The notes under the pieces: generated by a model
What the model saw: the letters and a program-made list of their open reading frames with translations, nothing else
Told to the model about the DNA's origin: nothing
Database searches by the model: none
Shown here: positions 50,390 to 62,240 of the stretch, piece by piece
How the letters are laid out: each line of letters begins with the position of its first letter
How positions within the stretch are numbered: position 1 is the stretch's first letter
Assembly: GCF_963921235.1 (NCBI RefSeq)
Contig: NC_086107.1
Span: forward strand, 95,110,001-95,174,000
Source: Mobula hypostoma
Taxonomy: Eukaryota
Direction of reading: 5' to 3'
DNA: 64,000 nt
Translations under genes and position numbers: made by a program

Positions 50390-53028
50390 AGCATTGGGAG
50401 CGATGGACTTAATGATAGACTGTTTAGTTTGTGGAATCTTACAAGAAAGCATTCAAAAATGGCTCCTAACTGAAGCAGAACTCACATTTAAAAGAGCAGT
50501 TGAAATTGCTGTATCAATGGAAACAACAGGTAGAAACACAATTGAGTTGCAGTCAGGAATGAAAGTGAAAGTGAACAAAATTGCAACATCTAAACAAAAA
50601 TCAGCCTGGCTGAACAAATTGTGTTACCATTGTGGCAGGGGCTCACATACACCAAATAAATGCAGATTTAAAGGTAAAACTTGCAGAAAATATAACAGCA
50701 GGACATGTGCAAAGAGCATGTTGGTCAGACAAAAAATCAATGGACTGCACAGGGAAGAGAAAAAGATAAGAAGTCAAGTTGCAGCTTCAAAAAGATCCCC
50801 AAGCTGCATACTGTTGATGCAAGATCTGATGATGAGAATGACACAGGACTTAGTAGCCTTGAGATTTACAATGTGAAAACTTAACAATAGAGAAGCAATA
50901 TGGCTGACATCAGAAGTGAATTAATTAAAATGGAATTGGACATTTGCTCAGCTGTTTCATTCATTCAGTCCACGAAGTCACTGAAGCCTGCAGACATTCA
51001 GCTAAGAATTTATACTGGACAAAAGATAACTCCTGTGGGAATGACATTTGTAACACTGAAATATACCAACCAACAAGCCAGATTGGGTTTGTATGTGGTA
51101 AAAACAGGAGGCCAGTATTGTGGGGCTGTGATCGGCTAAGCGGACAAAAACTTGATTGGCAATCTATCCAGAATTTGTATGCCACATCCCCTGCAGTAGA
51201 GACAGCTGAAAGCAAATTGAAAAGGTTTTGGATGATGCCACAGCAGAGTTCGAGGATGACCTAGAAAATCCAAGCGATTCAAGAGTAAAATAAGACCATA
51301 AGACAAAGGAGCAGAAGCCAGCCATTCGGCCCATCAAATGAAAATGCCTATCGGGTTCATGATACCATTGGTGATAGCAAGTGAGTTCGATTGCACGGAG
51401 GCTGAAGGAATTTCTAAGGTTGACCGTAACCCATGGGCAATGCAAGTGGTCCCATTAGCCAAAGACGACAGGGTTGTCAGCATCTGTGGTGATTTTAAGA
51501 TGATCATCGACCCAGTACTGAAAGTAGATCAATACCCTCTGCCCACAGTAGAGGATGTACTTGCAAACCTCTGCAGCGAAACCCTTCAAAGCTGATTTAG
51601 CTGAGGCCTATCTACAGATAGAGATGGAAGAAGAGTCCAAGGTGTTTCTCACCATAAACACGCACAAGGGTTTTATCATCACAATAGGCTTATTTTTGGA
51701 GTAGGACCTGCATCTGCACTCTGACAGAAAGCTATAGACCAGATGCTGGAAGTCTGCTCAGGCACGATGTTACCTGGATGACATAATTGCTACCAGTAAG
51801 AATTATCGAGGAACATCTCCAAAATCTCAAGACAGTATTAAAAGGTTAGAGGATTATGGGCTCAGAGCATGGTGTGACAAGTGTGAATTCTTTAAACCAA
51901 GCATCACTTACTGTGGTAACACCATGGACACACAAGGATTACACAAGTGTGCCGACAAAATTCAAGCAGTGGTGGATTCCCTGAGGCCAAAGGATGTGTT
52001 AGAGTTGCGGTCCTTTTTAGGATTTGTCAATTATTATAACAGGCTCCTGGCAAACTTGGCTACTGTACTCCACCCCCTTGAACTCATTACTGCAGATCAG
52101 GAAGAAATGGCAGTGGACAAATCGGTGCGAGATGTCTTTCAAAAATGTAAGTGACCTCAGACACTGTACTCACACATTATGATCTACATCATACAGTGAA
52201 ACTTGCAGGTGACTGTGCCTTACAGTATCGGTGCAGTCATGTCACAGGTTATGAGTGACGGAAGTGAATACCCCATAGACTTTGCATCACACTCCCTTAC
52301 CACCGCAGAGAAAAATTACGCATAGATTGACAGAGAGGCCTTGAGTCTGGTTTGGGGCATAGAAGGTTTCAACCACTGATTGTATGGGAGAGAGCTTACC
52401 CTTATTACTGATCATCAACCACGCGGGTCCATTTCCAATCCACAGAAATGTGTTACACTAACAGCAGCAGCTCAAATGCAGAGACCTGAGATTGTTTCAA
52501 TTGTTAGCGAAGAAAGGTGTCCAGAACTATCAGAACCTCTTCTTGCAGTCTCAGACTCTTACAACCACCACATAGGAGGCCACAGAACCTGAGATTGTTT
52601 CACAGCCACAAGCCTTTCCTACCAAGCAGAGTGACCCTTCCCGTCAGGAAAGCCATTATTCCACAAGAGGAAGAAACAATCCATAGTAATTAAATCTTTA
52701 GACCTGAATGGGACAACTTAAAAGTTTACTATGCTGTGGATGTCTACATAGTAGCTATATTATATAGACATTCTCCATTGAGTTGGGAGTTGATAGCTAA
52801 GCAGGGAAGAGTGTTGTATATTTAGTATTTGAGTAATAAGGTAAATATATTTGATAAAGATTTTTTTGTACTTAGCTAATTCATGAGTTATATATAAAAG
52901 TACATGAATGGCATACATCATTATGTCACCATGTCATCTGTGCTCACCTCATGAAAAGTAAAAACAAAACTAGAGTACAGGCATTACTCTTCGATTAGTT
53001 TTATGTTTTGGAGTTACGAAACAATACA
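50390..53028 (+). mobile_element. Degenerate Ty3/Gypsy LTR retrotransposon with 3' LTR
   Basis: Gag knuckle CYHCGRGSHTPNKC, protease-like MELDICSA, RT ICGDFK..QYPLP, LRSFLGFVNYY, RNase H TDHQP. Integrase largely missing. Purine tract 52800-52811, then a TG...CA LTR at 52812-53028. Confidence 0.85.
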
Positions 53029-53198
53029 CCATGGCTATGGGGGAAGGGCAGGGGTAAGATTGTGGGGGAGAAGAATGATGAGGGATGAGGGTTTGGGCCA
53101 GCGAGGGAGCCACAGGCAAGGGGGGGGCGGTGAACTGAGGGATGGAGGAGGTTGGAGTGAGGTGGGAAGATGGAGAGAAGGGAGGGGTGGTAACCCAC

Positions 53199-53534
53199 CT
53201 TAAAAACATCCCCAAAGGAGCCGCGCCCCAGCTGACTGATCCTCTGGAAACACTGCTCAAAGTAGGGCAGGTCCTTGCTGCCATCGTAGCTCCCCTTGTC
53301 GAGGGGCAATGAAGCTGAGACACTCTGGGGCCGTGTCCGGGTCCAACTCCTCACCCTGCTGGGGAAGACCCGTGTGAGGGGCAGCCCGCCCCGGACAGGG
53401 GGCCGGGGGGTGGGGCTTTCTCCCGCCGCCAAACCTTCCCCCCGGCCCTTCTTCCTTGAGAAGTGGGGCTCCTGAGCCTGCTGGAAGAAGGCAGGTACAG
53501 GGAGGGGGGTGCGGGCCAGTGGGGACTCCCCCAT
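53199..53534 (-). CDS. PKMYT1: PKMYT1 first coding exon (exon extends 5' to 53581)
   Basis: MGESPLARTPLPVPAFFQQA..FSRKKGR...YFEQCFQRISQLGRGSFGDVFK|gtgggt; acceptor tctccgtag| at 53582. The spliced CDS totals 1611 nt (536 aa). Confidence 0.93.
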
Positions 53535-54049
53535 GGGGTCAGCCCCGCTCGAGTCACGTCCTTCCCGTGCCGGCGTATCTTCTACGGAGAGAGGAAAGAA
53601 AGAGAGAGTGAGACAGAGACAGAGGGACGGACAGACAGAGTGTCAGTCAGAGACAGAGAGAAGACGAGTGTGGGGGGAGTAGGCAAGAGAGCCAGACCGA
53701 GAGAGACATTACCAATCCTCCCTTCATAATTCCTCCCTCCTCCTGACTTCAATTTACCCCTCCCCTCCATATCCTCCTTTCTTTCCTCATTCTCCATTTC
53801 CCATGCATTCCTCTCGTTTACCTTCCACTCCCCTTCTCCCTGCTACTCCACGACCCCGCTCCCCTCTCTGCCTTGACCATCCTCTATCCTCTCCCATTCT
53901 TCCCCGTTCGTCTCCCCCATTCCCACTCTCCACTTCGCCTCACAACCCGTCTCCTCCATTCTATCCCTTACCCCATTCTCCCGTATTGTTTCCCTCATAC
54001 CCACGCCCCCATCCCCTCACCTCACCTCACCTCCCCTCCCCTCCCAGAC

Positions 54050-54780
54050 CACCAGTCAGTACGTGTTACCTGCTCATTAAGCCGGTCACCGACCACTTCA
54101 CAACTTCCCTCCAAGTTTCCCTCTTCTCAGCGTCCACTAGCGCTTCCCGCCTGATCGTCTCACCTTTGACCTTCCCAACATGGGGTATAATTTCTGCCAG
54201 CCGCGCTGCTGGGCTGAAGTTCCTTTATCAACATGGCCGCCGCCCTCACCAACATGGGGCATTATTTCTGCGGGCGGCTCTGAAGGGCTGGAGTTCCCGT
54301 ACCAACATGGCGTTGTCGTGACGCTGACGGGGGGGGGCAAAAATCACATGGCCAAAGAGTGGTTTTGCTTGGCACTTTGGGCTAGTGGAGGACCGACCGA
54401 AGGCCCTCCCAATTTGACGGTCACATGCTGTATAGGACAGCCCCGCCTCCTCACAGCAGAGCCCGCCTGTCACGTGGGACGGGCGGTCACCACGCCGGCA
54501 TTGTGGGATAGCGGAGGACCGAGCCGGCGGGTCACGTGGTGCAAGGCTGCCCGGGGCTGCGGCGACATGGTAAGTGAGGGAGGGTGGCCGGGGGAGACGG
54601 CCGGGTGGGGATTGCGGATGGTGAGGCGTGGGTGTGGAGGTGGTGTGGGACTAGGGCCATCACTTTGGGCAGGTGGGGTCCTAGACCGTTCCGGCCCTGA
54701 CCCCGATTTTGGGATACATACAGCCGGCCGGTTAGGCCGCAACACCGGGCTGGGAGTCGGACACTGGTCGGGAGGGGACA
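54050..54780. promoter_or_regulatory. CpG-island, probably bidirectional promoter; PKMYT1 non-coding first exon with donor at 54070/54069
   Basis: High CpG density. E2F-like TTCCCGCC at 54144-54151, YY1-like AACATGGC at ~54229 and ~54304, E-boxes GTCACGTG at ~54468 and ~54531, GC boxes. Minus donor CAG|GTAAC and plus donor ATG|GTAAGT. Confidence 0.75.
54540..54569 (+). other. Putative first exon of a divergent gene, ending exactly at the ATG
   Basis: GCGGCGACATG|GTAAGTG: Kozak-like ATG followed by a consensus donor, inside the CpG island. No downstream exon was recognised in the window. Confidence 0.55.
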
Positions 54781-55442
54781 GTGGTACTAGAGGGAGGGGA
54801 AGTAGACAGTTAAATGTCCCCTCGGCTTCATATCACAGCCAGAAACTGATATGCACGGGAAGAATTAAACCCTTCCATAACACAGAGGCAGAAATACAAA
54901 GAAAATTAAACCCACAAACAAATCCATACAGAGAAGTAAACACCTCCATAGCAGGGAGAGAGAGGGAAAGAGAAATAGATGCGCCTATACCAGAGACAGA
55001 CAGATGTATATATAGAGAGAATTAAATGGCCCTATAGCATACAGAAATGTATATAGAGAGAATTAAACCCTTCACAGCACACACACAGATAGGAGAGAAG
55101 TAAACACCCCGTAACAGGGAGATATATGTAGTAAGAATTAAATCCCCACACACCAGAGAGAGACTGATAAGTATACAGAATTAAGCCCACCCATAAAAAG
55201 AAACTTACCCCCACAGATATACACAAAGAGAATTCATTCACCCACACATACTCAGACTGATGTATACAGGAAGTATTAAGATCAAACCCTGCCCCACATA
55301 GCAGAGACAGACATGCCCCCCCTAACATAGGGGGAGATAATTAAACCTCATACAGCAGAGGGAGACACATAGAATTAAACCCATGCAACCCTCAAGGCAA
55401 AGGGAGACAGATATTGGCAGAGAGCATTAAGCCCCCATAACA

Positions 55443-55600
55443 GTGGCCAAGTGGTTTAAGCATTGGGCTAGTGATCTGAAGGTCGCGAGTTCAAGCCTCA
55501 GTTGAGGCAGCGTGTTATGTCCTTGAGCAAGGCAATTAACCACACATGGCTCCTGCACGTTTATAGCCCAGCAGCAGTGGTTGGTGCAGTAAGGACAAGA
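55443..55600 (+). mobile_element. tRNA-derived SINE head
   Basis: A box TGGCCAAGTGG and B box GAGTTCAAGCC, followed by a non-tRNA body (GTCCTTGAGCAAGGCA). Confidence 0.7.
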
Positions 55601-55939
55601 CAGAGGCAGATTATTTTATATATATATATATATAAAATTATAATAAATCCTTCCATAGCAAAGATCAATACTTATACTTTTGTAAATTAATTTTAATTTA
55701 CAAAATTAAAAAAAAACTTTGCATATATGAGGAACTTAAAAGCCCTAATTCAGAGAGAGAGAAACCCCATAGCAGAGAGGAGATATATACAAATAGAACC
55801 CCTCTCCCCCATGCAGCAGAGTTACAGAGAAAAGTTTGCGCGCTCTCTCTCTCTCTCACTCACTCACTCACTCACACACACACACACACACACCTCACTC
55901 CCCCGCACAGAAAGAGACGACCACACTCGAGGGAGGGAG

Positions 55940-57120
55940 GCAGAAAAGGAAATTATAGGCCAGTTAGCTTGACTTCAGTGATTGGAAACGTGTTGGAGTC
56001 CATTATTATGAGGTTTTCGGGTACTTGGAGGCACGTGATAAATTAGGCCAAAGTCAGCATGGTTTCCTTCGGGGGAATTGTGACGTACAAAACTGTTGGA
56101 ATTCTTTGAGGAAATAACAGACAAGATAGAGAGTCAGTAGATGTTTACTGAGATTTCCAGGTGGCTTTTGACAAGCTGCTGCATGTTAGACTGCTTAACA
56201 AGATGAGAACCCATGGTGTTACAGGGAAGAAAAACTTTAGCATGGTTAGAGGGTTGGCTGGCTGGCAGGAGACAGAGTGGGAATAAAGGGAGCCTTTTCT
56301 GGTTGGCTGCCAGTGACAAGATCTGTTCTGCAGGTGCTGGTGTCGGGACACTTATTTTCAGGTTATATGTCAGCAATTTGAATGATGGCTTTGTAGGCAA
56401 GTTTGCAAAGAATATGAAGATAGGTGGTGGGGCAGGTAGTGTTGAGGAAGCAGGGAGTCCGCAGAAGGTCTTAGAATGGGCAAAGAAGTGGCAGGTGGAA
56501 TATTGTGTAGGGAAGTGTATGGTCATGCACTTTGGTAGAAAGAACAAAGGCATAGACCATTTTCTAAATGGGGAGAAAATTCAATAATCAGAGGTGCAAG
56601 CGGACTTGGGAGTCCTTGTGCATGATTCTCTAAAGGACAACTTGGAGGTTGAGACGGGTAAGGAAAGCAAATGCAATGTTAGTATTCATTTCAAGAGGAC
56701 CAGAGTACAAGAGCACTGATGTGATGCTGAGGATTTATAAGGCAGTGATCAGACACACTTGGGGTATTGTGAGCAGTTTTGGACCCCTTATTGAAGAAAA
56801 GGCGTGCTGGCATTTGAGAAGATGCAGAGGAGGTTCATGAGTGCGATTCTGGGAATGAAAAGGTTAAATACGTTTGATGGCTCTGGGCTAGTATTCAGTT
56901 TAGAAGACTGATTGAAACCTATCGAATATTGAAAGGCCTAGACAGAGTGGATGTGGAGAGGATGTTTCCTGTAATGGGGAAGTCCAGATCTAGAGGGCAC
57001 AGCCTCAGAGGGACCTCCATTTAGACAGAGTTGTGGAATTTCTGTAGCCAGAGGGTGGTAAATCTGTGGAGGCCAATTATTTGGATACATTTAAAGCAGA
57101 GGTTGATACATTCTTGATTA
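55940..57120 (+). mobile_element. CR1 RT fragment
   Basis: VGKFAKNMKIGG, KANAMLVFISRG and downstream CR1 3' motifs. Confidence 0.75.
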
Positions 57121-57199
57121 TTTTACTTACTTGTTGAGATACAATGTGTAGCTGGCCCTTCGAATCGTGTCGCCCCGCAACCCTTGATTTAATCCTTGC

Positions 57200-57360
57200 G
57201 TAATTACAGGACAATTTACAATGGCCAATTAACCCATCAATCGGTATGTCTTCGGACTGTGGGAGGAAACTGGAGCACCTGGAGGAAACCCACACAGTCA
57301 CAGGGAGAACGTACAAACTCCTTAGGCAGGAATTGAACCCATTGTGCTGGCCACTATGCT
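57200..57360 (-). mobile_element. V-SINE-like fragment
   Basis: Minus-strand GTGGGTTTCCTCCAGGTGCTCCAGTTTCCTCCCACAGTCC, a V-domain-like core. Confidence 0.6.
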
Positions 57361-60261
57361 ACACGTTGTATGGAGAGACAGTTATGTACAGAATTAACAT
57401 CCTTCTCCCCCCCCTCCCCATTGCAGAGAGAGAGATAATTAAATCTCCTGTTTTAGAGAAAGATATTCTGTGAGAATTAACCAAATATAGCAGTGAGAAA
57501 TAGATATATCATCATGTGCCATGTTGTATGACATGGGCCATTGTAGTTTTATCTAAGATCAGGATTGTTCTTGGCAAATTTTTCTACAGAAGTGGTTTGC
57601 CATTGCCTCCTTCTGGGCAGTGTCTTTACAAGGCGGGTGCCCCCAGCCATTATCAATACTCTTCAGAGATTGTCTGCCTCGGACGTTGATAGAAACATAA
57701 CCAGGACTTGTAATATGCACCAGCTGCTCATATGACCATCCACCACCTGCTCCCATGGTTTCATGTGACCCTGATCGGTGGGGTGGGGGGGGTGCTAAGC
57801 AGGTGCTACACTTTGCCCAAGGGTGACCTGCAGGCTAGCGGAGGGAAGGAGCACCTTACACCTCCTTTGGAAGAGACGTATCTCCACCCATGTACAGATA
57901 GAATTCATCCTCCCTATGGGGCCGAGAAAAGGAGATGAATATAACAGAGCAAATTAAACCTATTGCAGGGAGTGTTGTATATACAGAGTGAAAATTGACC
58001 CCCCCCCCCCAATAGACAGGTAGACATATACAGCCAATTAAATTCTCCCATAGCACAGAGAGGGAAAGATGTACAGTAAGAATTCATTTCCCCATAGCAG
58101 CTCGTGACAGATATATATACATGGTGAGAATTATATTCTCAAAGCAGAGAGAGACAAATATGTGGAGAAAATTAAATGCACCCACGCCAATAATGGAAAA
58201 ATACAGATATATACAGACGGAATTAGACTCCCATTGTAGGAGGAGAAAATTCACTCACATTTACAGGGCAGGTCTTTACAGAGAGAATTCACCCCTCCCT
58301 CCCCCCAATATATAAGGAGAGAATTCACTCTCCGTACACACAGAGATATACAGATAGAATTCACTCTAACTAACACACACACACACACACACTCACGCAG
58401 AATTCAACCCCCCCCATGTGTGAAGAGGCAGATATACAAAGAGAATGATTCCACCCACCCCCAATAAAAGAGGAGGCATTACACAGAAAATTAAGCCCCC
58501 ACGCTGGTTGAAACATACATACAGAGAAATTAAGACAGTTCCCACCACTCTTTTAGCAGAGACAGACATGTTTATGGAGAGATTAATATCACCCATAACA
58601 GAGGGGGACATATACAGCATTAAACCTCATACAGCAGAGAGGGGCAGATCTATGCAGAGAGAATTAAACCAACCCACCTCCCATAGAAAAGGGAAGCAAA
58701 TATCAACAGATTTAAATACCCCATTGCAGAGAGATAGTTGTACAGAGTTAACCCCCAAATCAGGGAGAGTGTTCAATACAAAAGAGTAAATTCCCCCATT
58801 GCAGAGAGAGATCTGTATACAAATCTCGTATCAGTGAGAGAGTCATGCAGGGAGAACTAACCCCACATAGTGAGAAATACAGTGGGTATATTTCAGTAGA
58901 ATTAAACACCCCTGACACAGCAGAGAGATATATACGGAGTATTAACACCACCCCCCCCGCCCCCATTACAGAGCATGAGCTACATACAGGGAGAATTAAA
59001 TTTTGAGTATCAGAAGGAGACACGTACAGTAAAAATTAACCCATGATGCCATGGAGACTTGGATATATACAGATTAGATTCTCCCATTACAGCAGAGAGA
59101 GAGAGACAGATATTAATATTTAAGAGAATTTAAACACTCCCCTCATTGCAGAGAGGCTGATATATACAGAGCCAATTACAGCCTCCTCAGCAGAGATATA
59201 CAGTATATACACGTAGAATTAAACCGTCCATAGCAGAGATAGGCTGGAGCATTCCCCCCCCCCCATAGCAGAGAGAGATTTATAGAGCAAATTAACCCCT
59301 ATGGCAGAGGCATACAAAAAGAATTAAAACACCACTCTCTGCATCAGAAAGAGAGAGAAATATATAGGGAGAATAAGGCCCCATTGTGATGAGAGATAGA
59401 TGCACATAAAATTAATCCTTCCCTCCCCACCAGAGAGAGGGACGTACAGAGAATTAAACCACCACATCAGAGACAGACAGGTATGGACAAAGAATTAAAC
59501 CCCCTGTATCAGGTAGGGAGAAGCATGTGCACTGACAATTACATGCCCATTGCAGTCACAGAGAATTAACCCCCCCCCCCACTACAGCGATACAGATATA
59601 TACAGAGATAATTAGATTCCCATACGTCAGAGACCGACATATATAGAGAACCTCTTTTTCAAGAATGAAGAGGGATAGAAACATACACACTGATAATTAA
59701 ATGACCATAGCAACAAAAGAGAACTAAACCGCCCCCCCCCACAGCTGACGAGATACAGATATATATACAAAAAGAATTAAATACACTCATAGAAGAGAGA
59801 GATAGAATTCACAGGGACAATTCAAGCATACACACAGACAGATGTATACAAGGAGAATTCCCACCCCCCACCCCCCATACACAGATATACAGGGAGAATT
59901 GCCCCCCCCCATACACAGACAGATATACAGGGAGAATTCACCACCCCCATACACTGACAGCAGACAGATATGTACAGGGAGAATTCACCCACCCCCACCC
60001 CCAATACACAGACAGATATGTACAGGGAGAATTCACCCCAACACACACAGACAGGCAGATATATGCAGGGAGAATTCATTCCCCCCACATACAGTGAGAC
60101 AAATATGTCCAAAAAATTTCACACTCCCCCACACACACACAGACAGATATACACAAGGAGAATTCACCCCCACACGGAAAGGTAGATGTATACAGTGGGA
60201 AATCATCCCCATATACACATGTATATACAGTGGGATGTCACCCTGCATATAGAGAGAATTT

Positions 60262-60299
<38 letters not shown>

Positions 60300-60311
60300 C
60301 AGCTGCTCTGC

Positions 60312-62240
60312 CCAAGACCACAAGAAACTGAAGAGAGTTGTGGACACAGCTCAGCACATTATGGAAACCGGCCTCTTCCCCCACGGACACTGTCTACACT
60401 TCCTGCTGCAGCAGTAAAGCTGCCAGACTGATGAAAGACACCACCCACCCTGGAGACGTATTCCCTCTTCACCCCTCTCCCTTTGGGCAGAAGATACAAA
60501 AGCCTGGAAGCACATCCCACTAGGCTCAAGGACAGTTTTACCCCACTATTATTAGACTCTGGAATAGACCTCTTGTACGATAAGATGGACTCTTGATCTC
60601 TCAACCTACCTTGGCGTGGTCCTCGCAGGTTATTGCCTGCACTGCACTTTCTTTGTTACACTTTTTTCTGCATTCTGTTATTGTTTTCCCTTGTGCAACC
60701 TCAGTCCACTGACGTGGTGAAACGATCTGTGTGAATGGCATGTGGGCAAAGTGTTTCACTGTTCTGGGGTACACGTGACAACGACAGTCTAGAGGAGGGA
60801 CATCTCTGTCAAATCGTCGCTCGTGAAAGGGGTACTTACCCCGACTGTCACAGTGTACAGTTGGGACATGAGGACAGAATGCAATGATAAAAGCCACCTC
60901 TGCCCACAGCTCCACCCATCAAACTAGCAAAAGTACAGCCCAAGAGACCCCCCCCACTATGGAATGGTTAGCCCCACCCCCTTCTCCCCTCCCCGCCACC
61001 AGCGCTGCAGCAAAGGTACATCCCCACCCACTGCAGAATGGTGCCACGGTTTTCACACCTTCCCAGCTCCTCAGGAATGGTACTCCCCTGCCCGTACCCA
61101 ATACCGCCAGAAAATGATTCATCCATACATCCCTATAAAATAACCCTCACCAGCCCCCCAGCAGTAACGCACTCAGTCACACTCGGCCGATTCAAAGAGG
61201 CTGAGCAGGTTGCGGGGCTCCAAGGCTGGCCGGGCAGAAGGGGGGCCCATCCTGTCTTCCTCGGCAAAAGGGAGGGGCAAGTCCCCTCCGATACGGCTGA
61301 GGTTGGGGCTGGCTCGGTAGGATGTCCTGCAGACAACGAGGGGGTGTGGGAATGGGTGGAGAGAGCAGAGACCAGACACAGTCACAATACCTCAGACAGC
61401 CTGATAGATAAACCCCCGAACCCCTGGATTAGATCCCAGCCTGTAACCCACACCGGGGATCTGTTATTCTATACTGTATATAAACACCCTGAACGTCTCG
61501 ATTAGATCCCAGCCTGTAACCCTCTCCTGGGGATCTGTTATTCTATATATAAACACCCCATCCCAGCCTGTAGTTCCTGAAATATAACCATGCTGAATAT
61601 GGCACACCTTCGGATACTGGAATGTTCAGCAGTCAGGTTTCGTGGGGTTGATGTGCTCCCTAATGAAGGTCTGGTGACACTGTTGAGAGAGGACAAATTA
61701 CTAATGACAAAATTCAAGTGGCTCATCCTGTCACATACTTCCAGGGTCAGAAACAGAGTGAAGCTCCCGCCACACCATTCCGTCACACACACACACCCAG
61801 GGTCAGATACAAGGTGAAGCTCCCTCCACACCGTCCCATCACACACTCCCAGAGTCAGAAACGGGGTGAAGATCCCTCTGCACTGTCCCATTACACGCTC
61901 CAAGGCTTAGACATGTAGTGAATCTCCCTCTACACCATCCAACACAGATTTCTGCTCTCTTCACACTGACCTGCCAGATAGAAAACTGAATTCATTGGAT
62001 TCGAGGTCCTCGGAGTGAGACAGAAAGAGCTCCTTGGGCAGAGCAGTACTGTGGTGTCGCTCAAAGAAATCATCCCTGAAGATGCTGTCCTCCCAGTCAC
62101 TGAAGAGGCTGCTGTCATTTAGGCCGGAGGGAGGGGGAGAAGATGGAGGCGGACAGGGGCGGCGGAAAAGCAACTGGAGCAGGGGGATGCAGAAAACTTG
62201 CCACAGGGAGCAGAGGAGGGACAGCAGCAACTGGGGGGCG
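60312..62240 (-). pseudogene. Segmental duplicate of the PKMYT1 3' end (exons 62230-61971, 61679-61608, 61326-61173, plus 3' UTR and flank)
   Basis: Direct repeat of 36146-38490. Same exon lengths (260, 72, 154), intact splice sites and open frame, 4 amino-acid changes. A 262-bp deletion removes the AATAAA. Confidence 0.9.

Larger units (their letters stand above)
54840..60290. repeat. Degenerate ~40-45-bp satellite-like array (…CCCATAGCAGAGAGAGATATATACAGAGAGAATTAAA…), interrupted by SINE and CR1 insertions
   Basis: Dozens of GAATTAA/GAGAATTCA anchors spaced ~40-45 bp apart in 54840-55440 and 57370-60260. Confidence 0.75.

Noticed and set aside
54180..55025. 281-aa ORF over the CpG island
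   Set aside because: GC-rich, stop-poor sequence running through a consensus donor into satellite; no homology recognised.
55443..55515. tRNA gene
   Set aside because: Has A and B boxes but no proper acceptor stem and continues into a SINE body.
55678..55704. AT-rich hairpin TTTGTAAATTAA-TT-TTAATTTACAAA
   Set aside because: Short and low complexity, with no TSD or family evidence.
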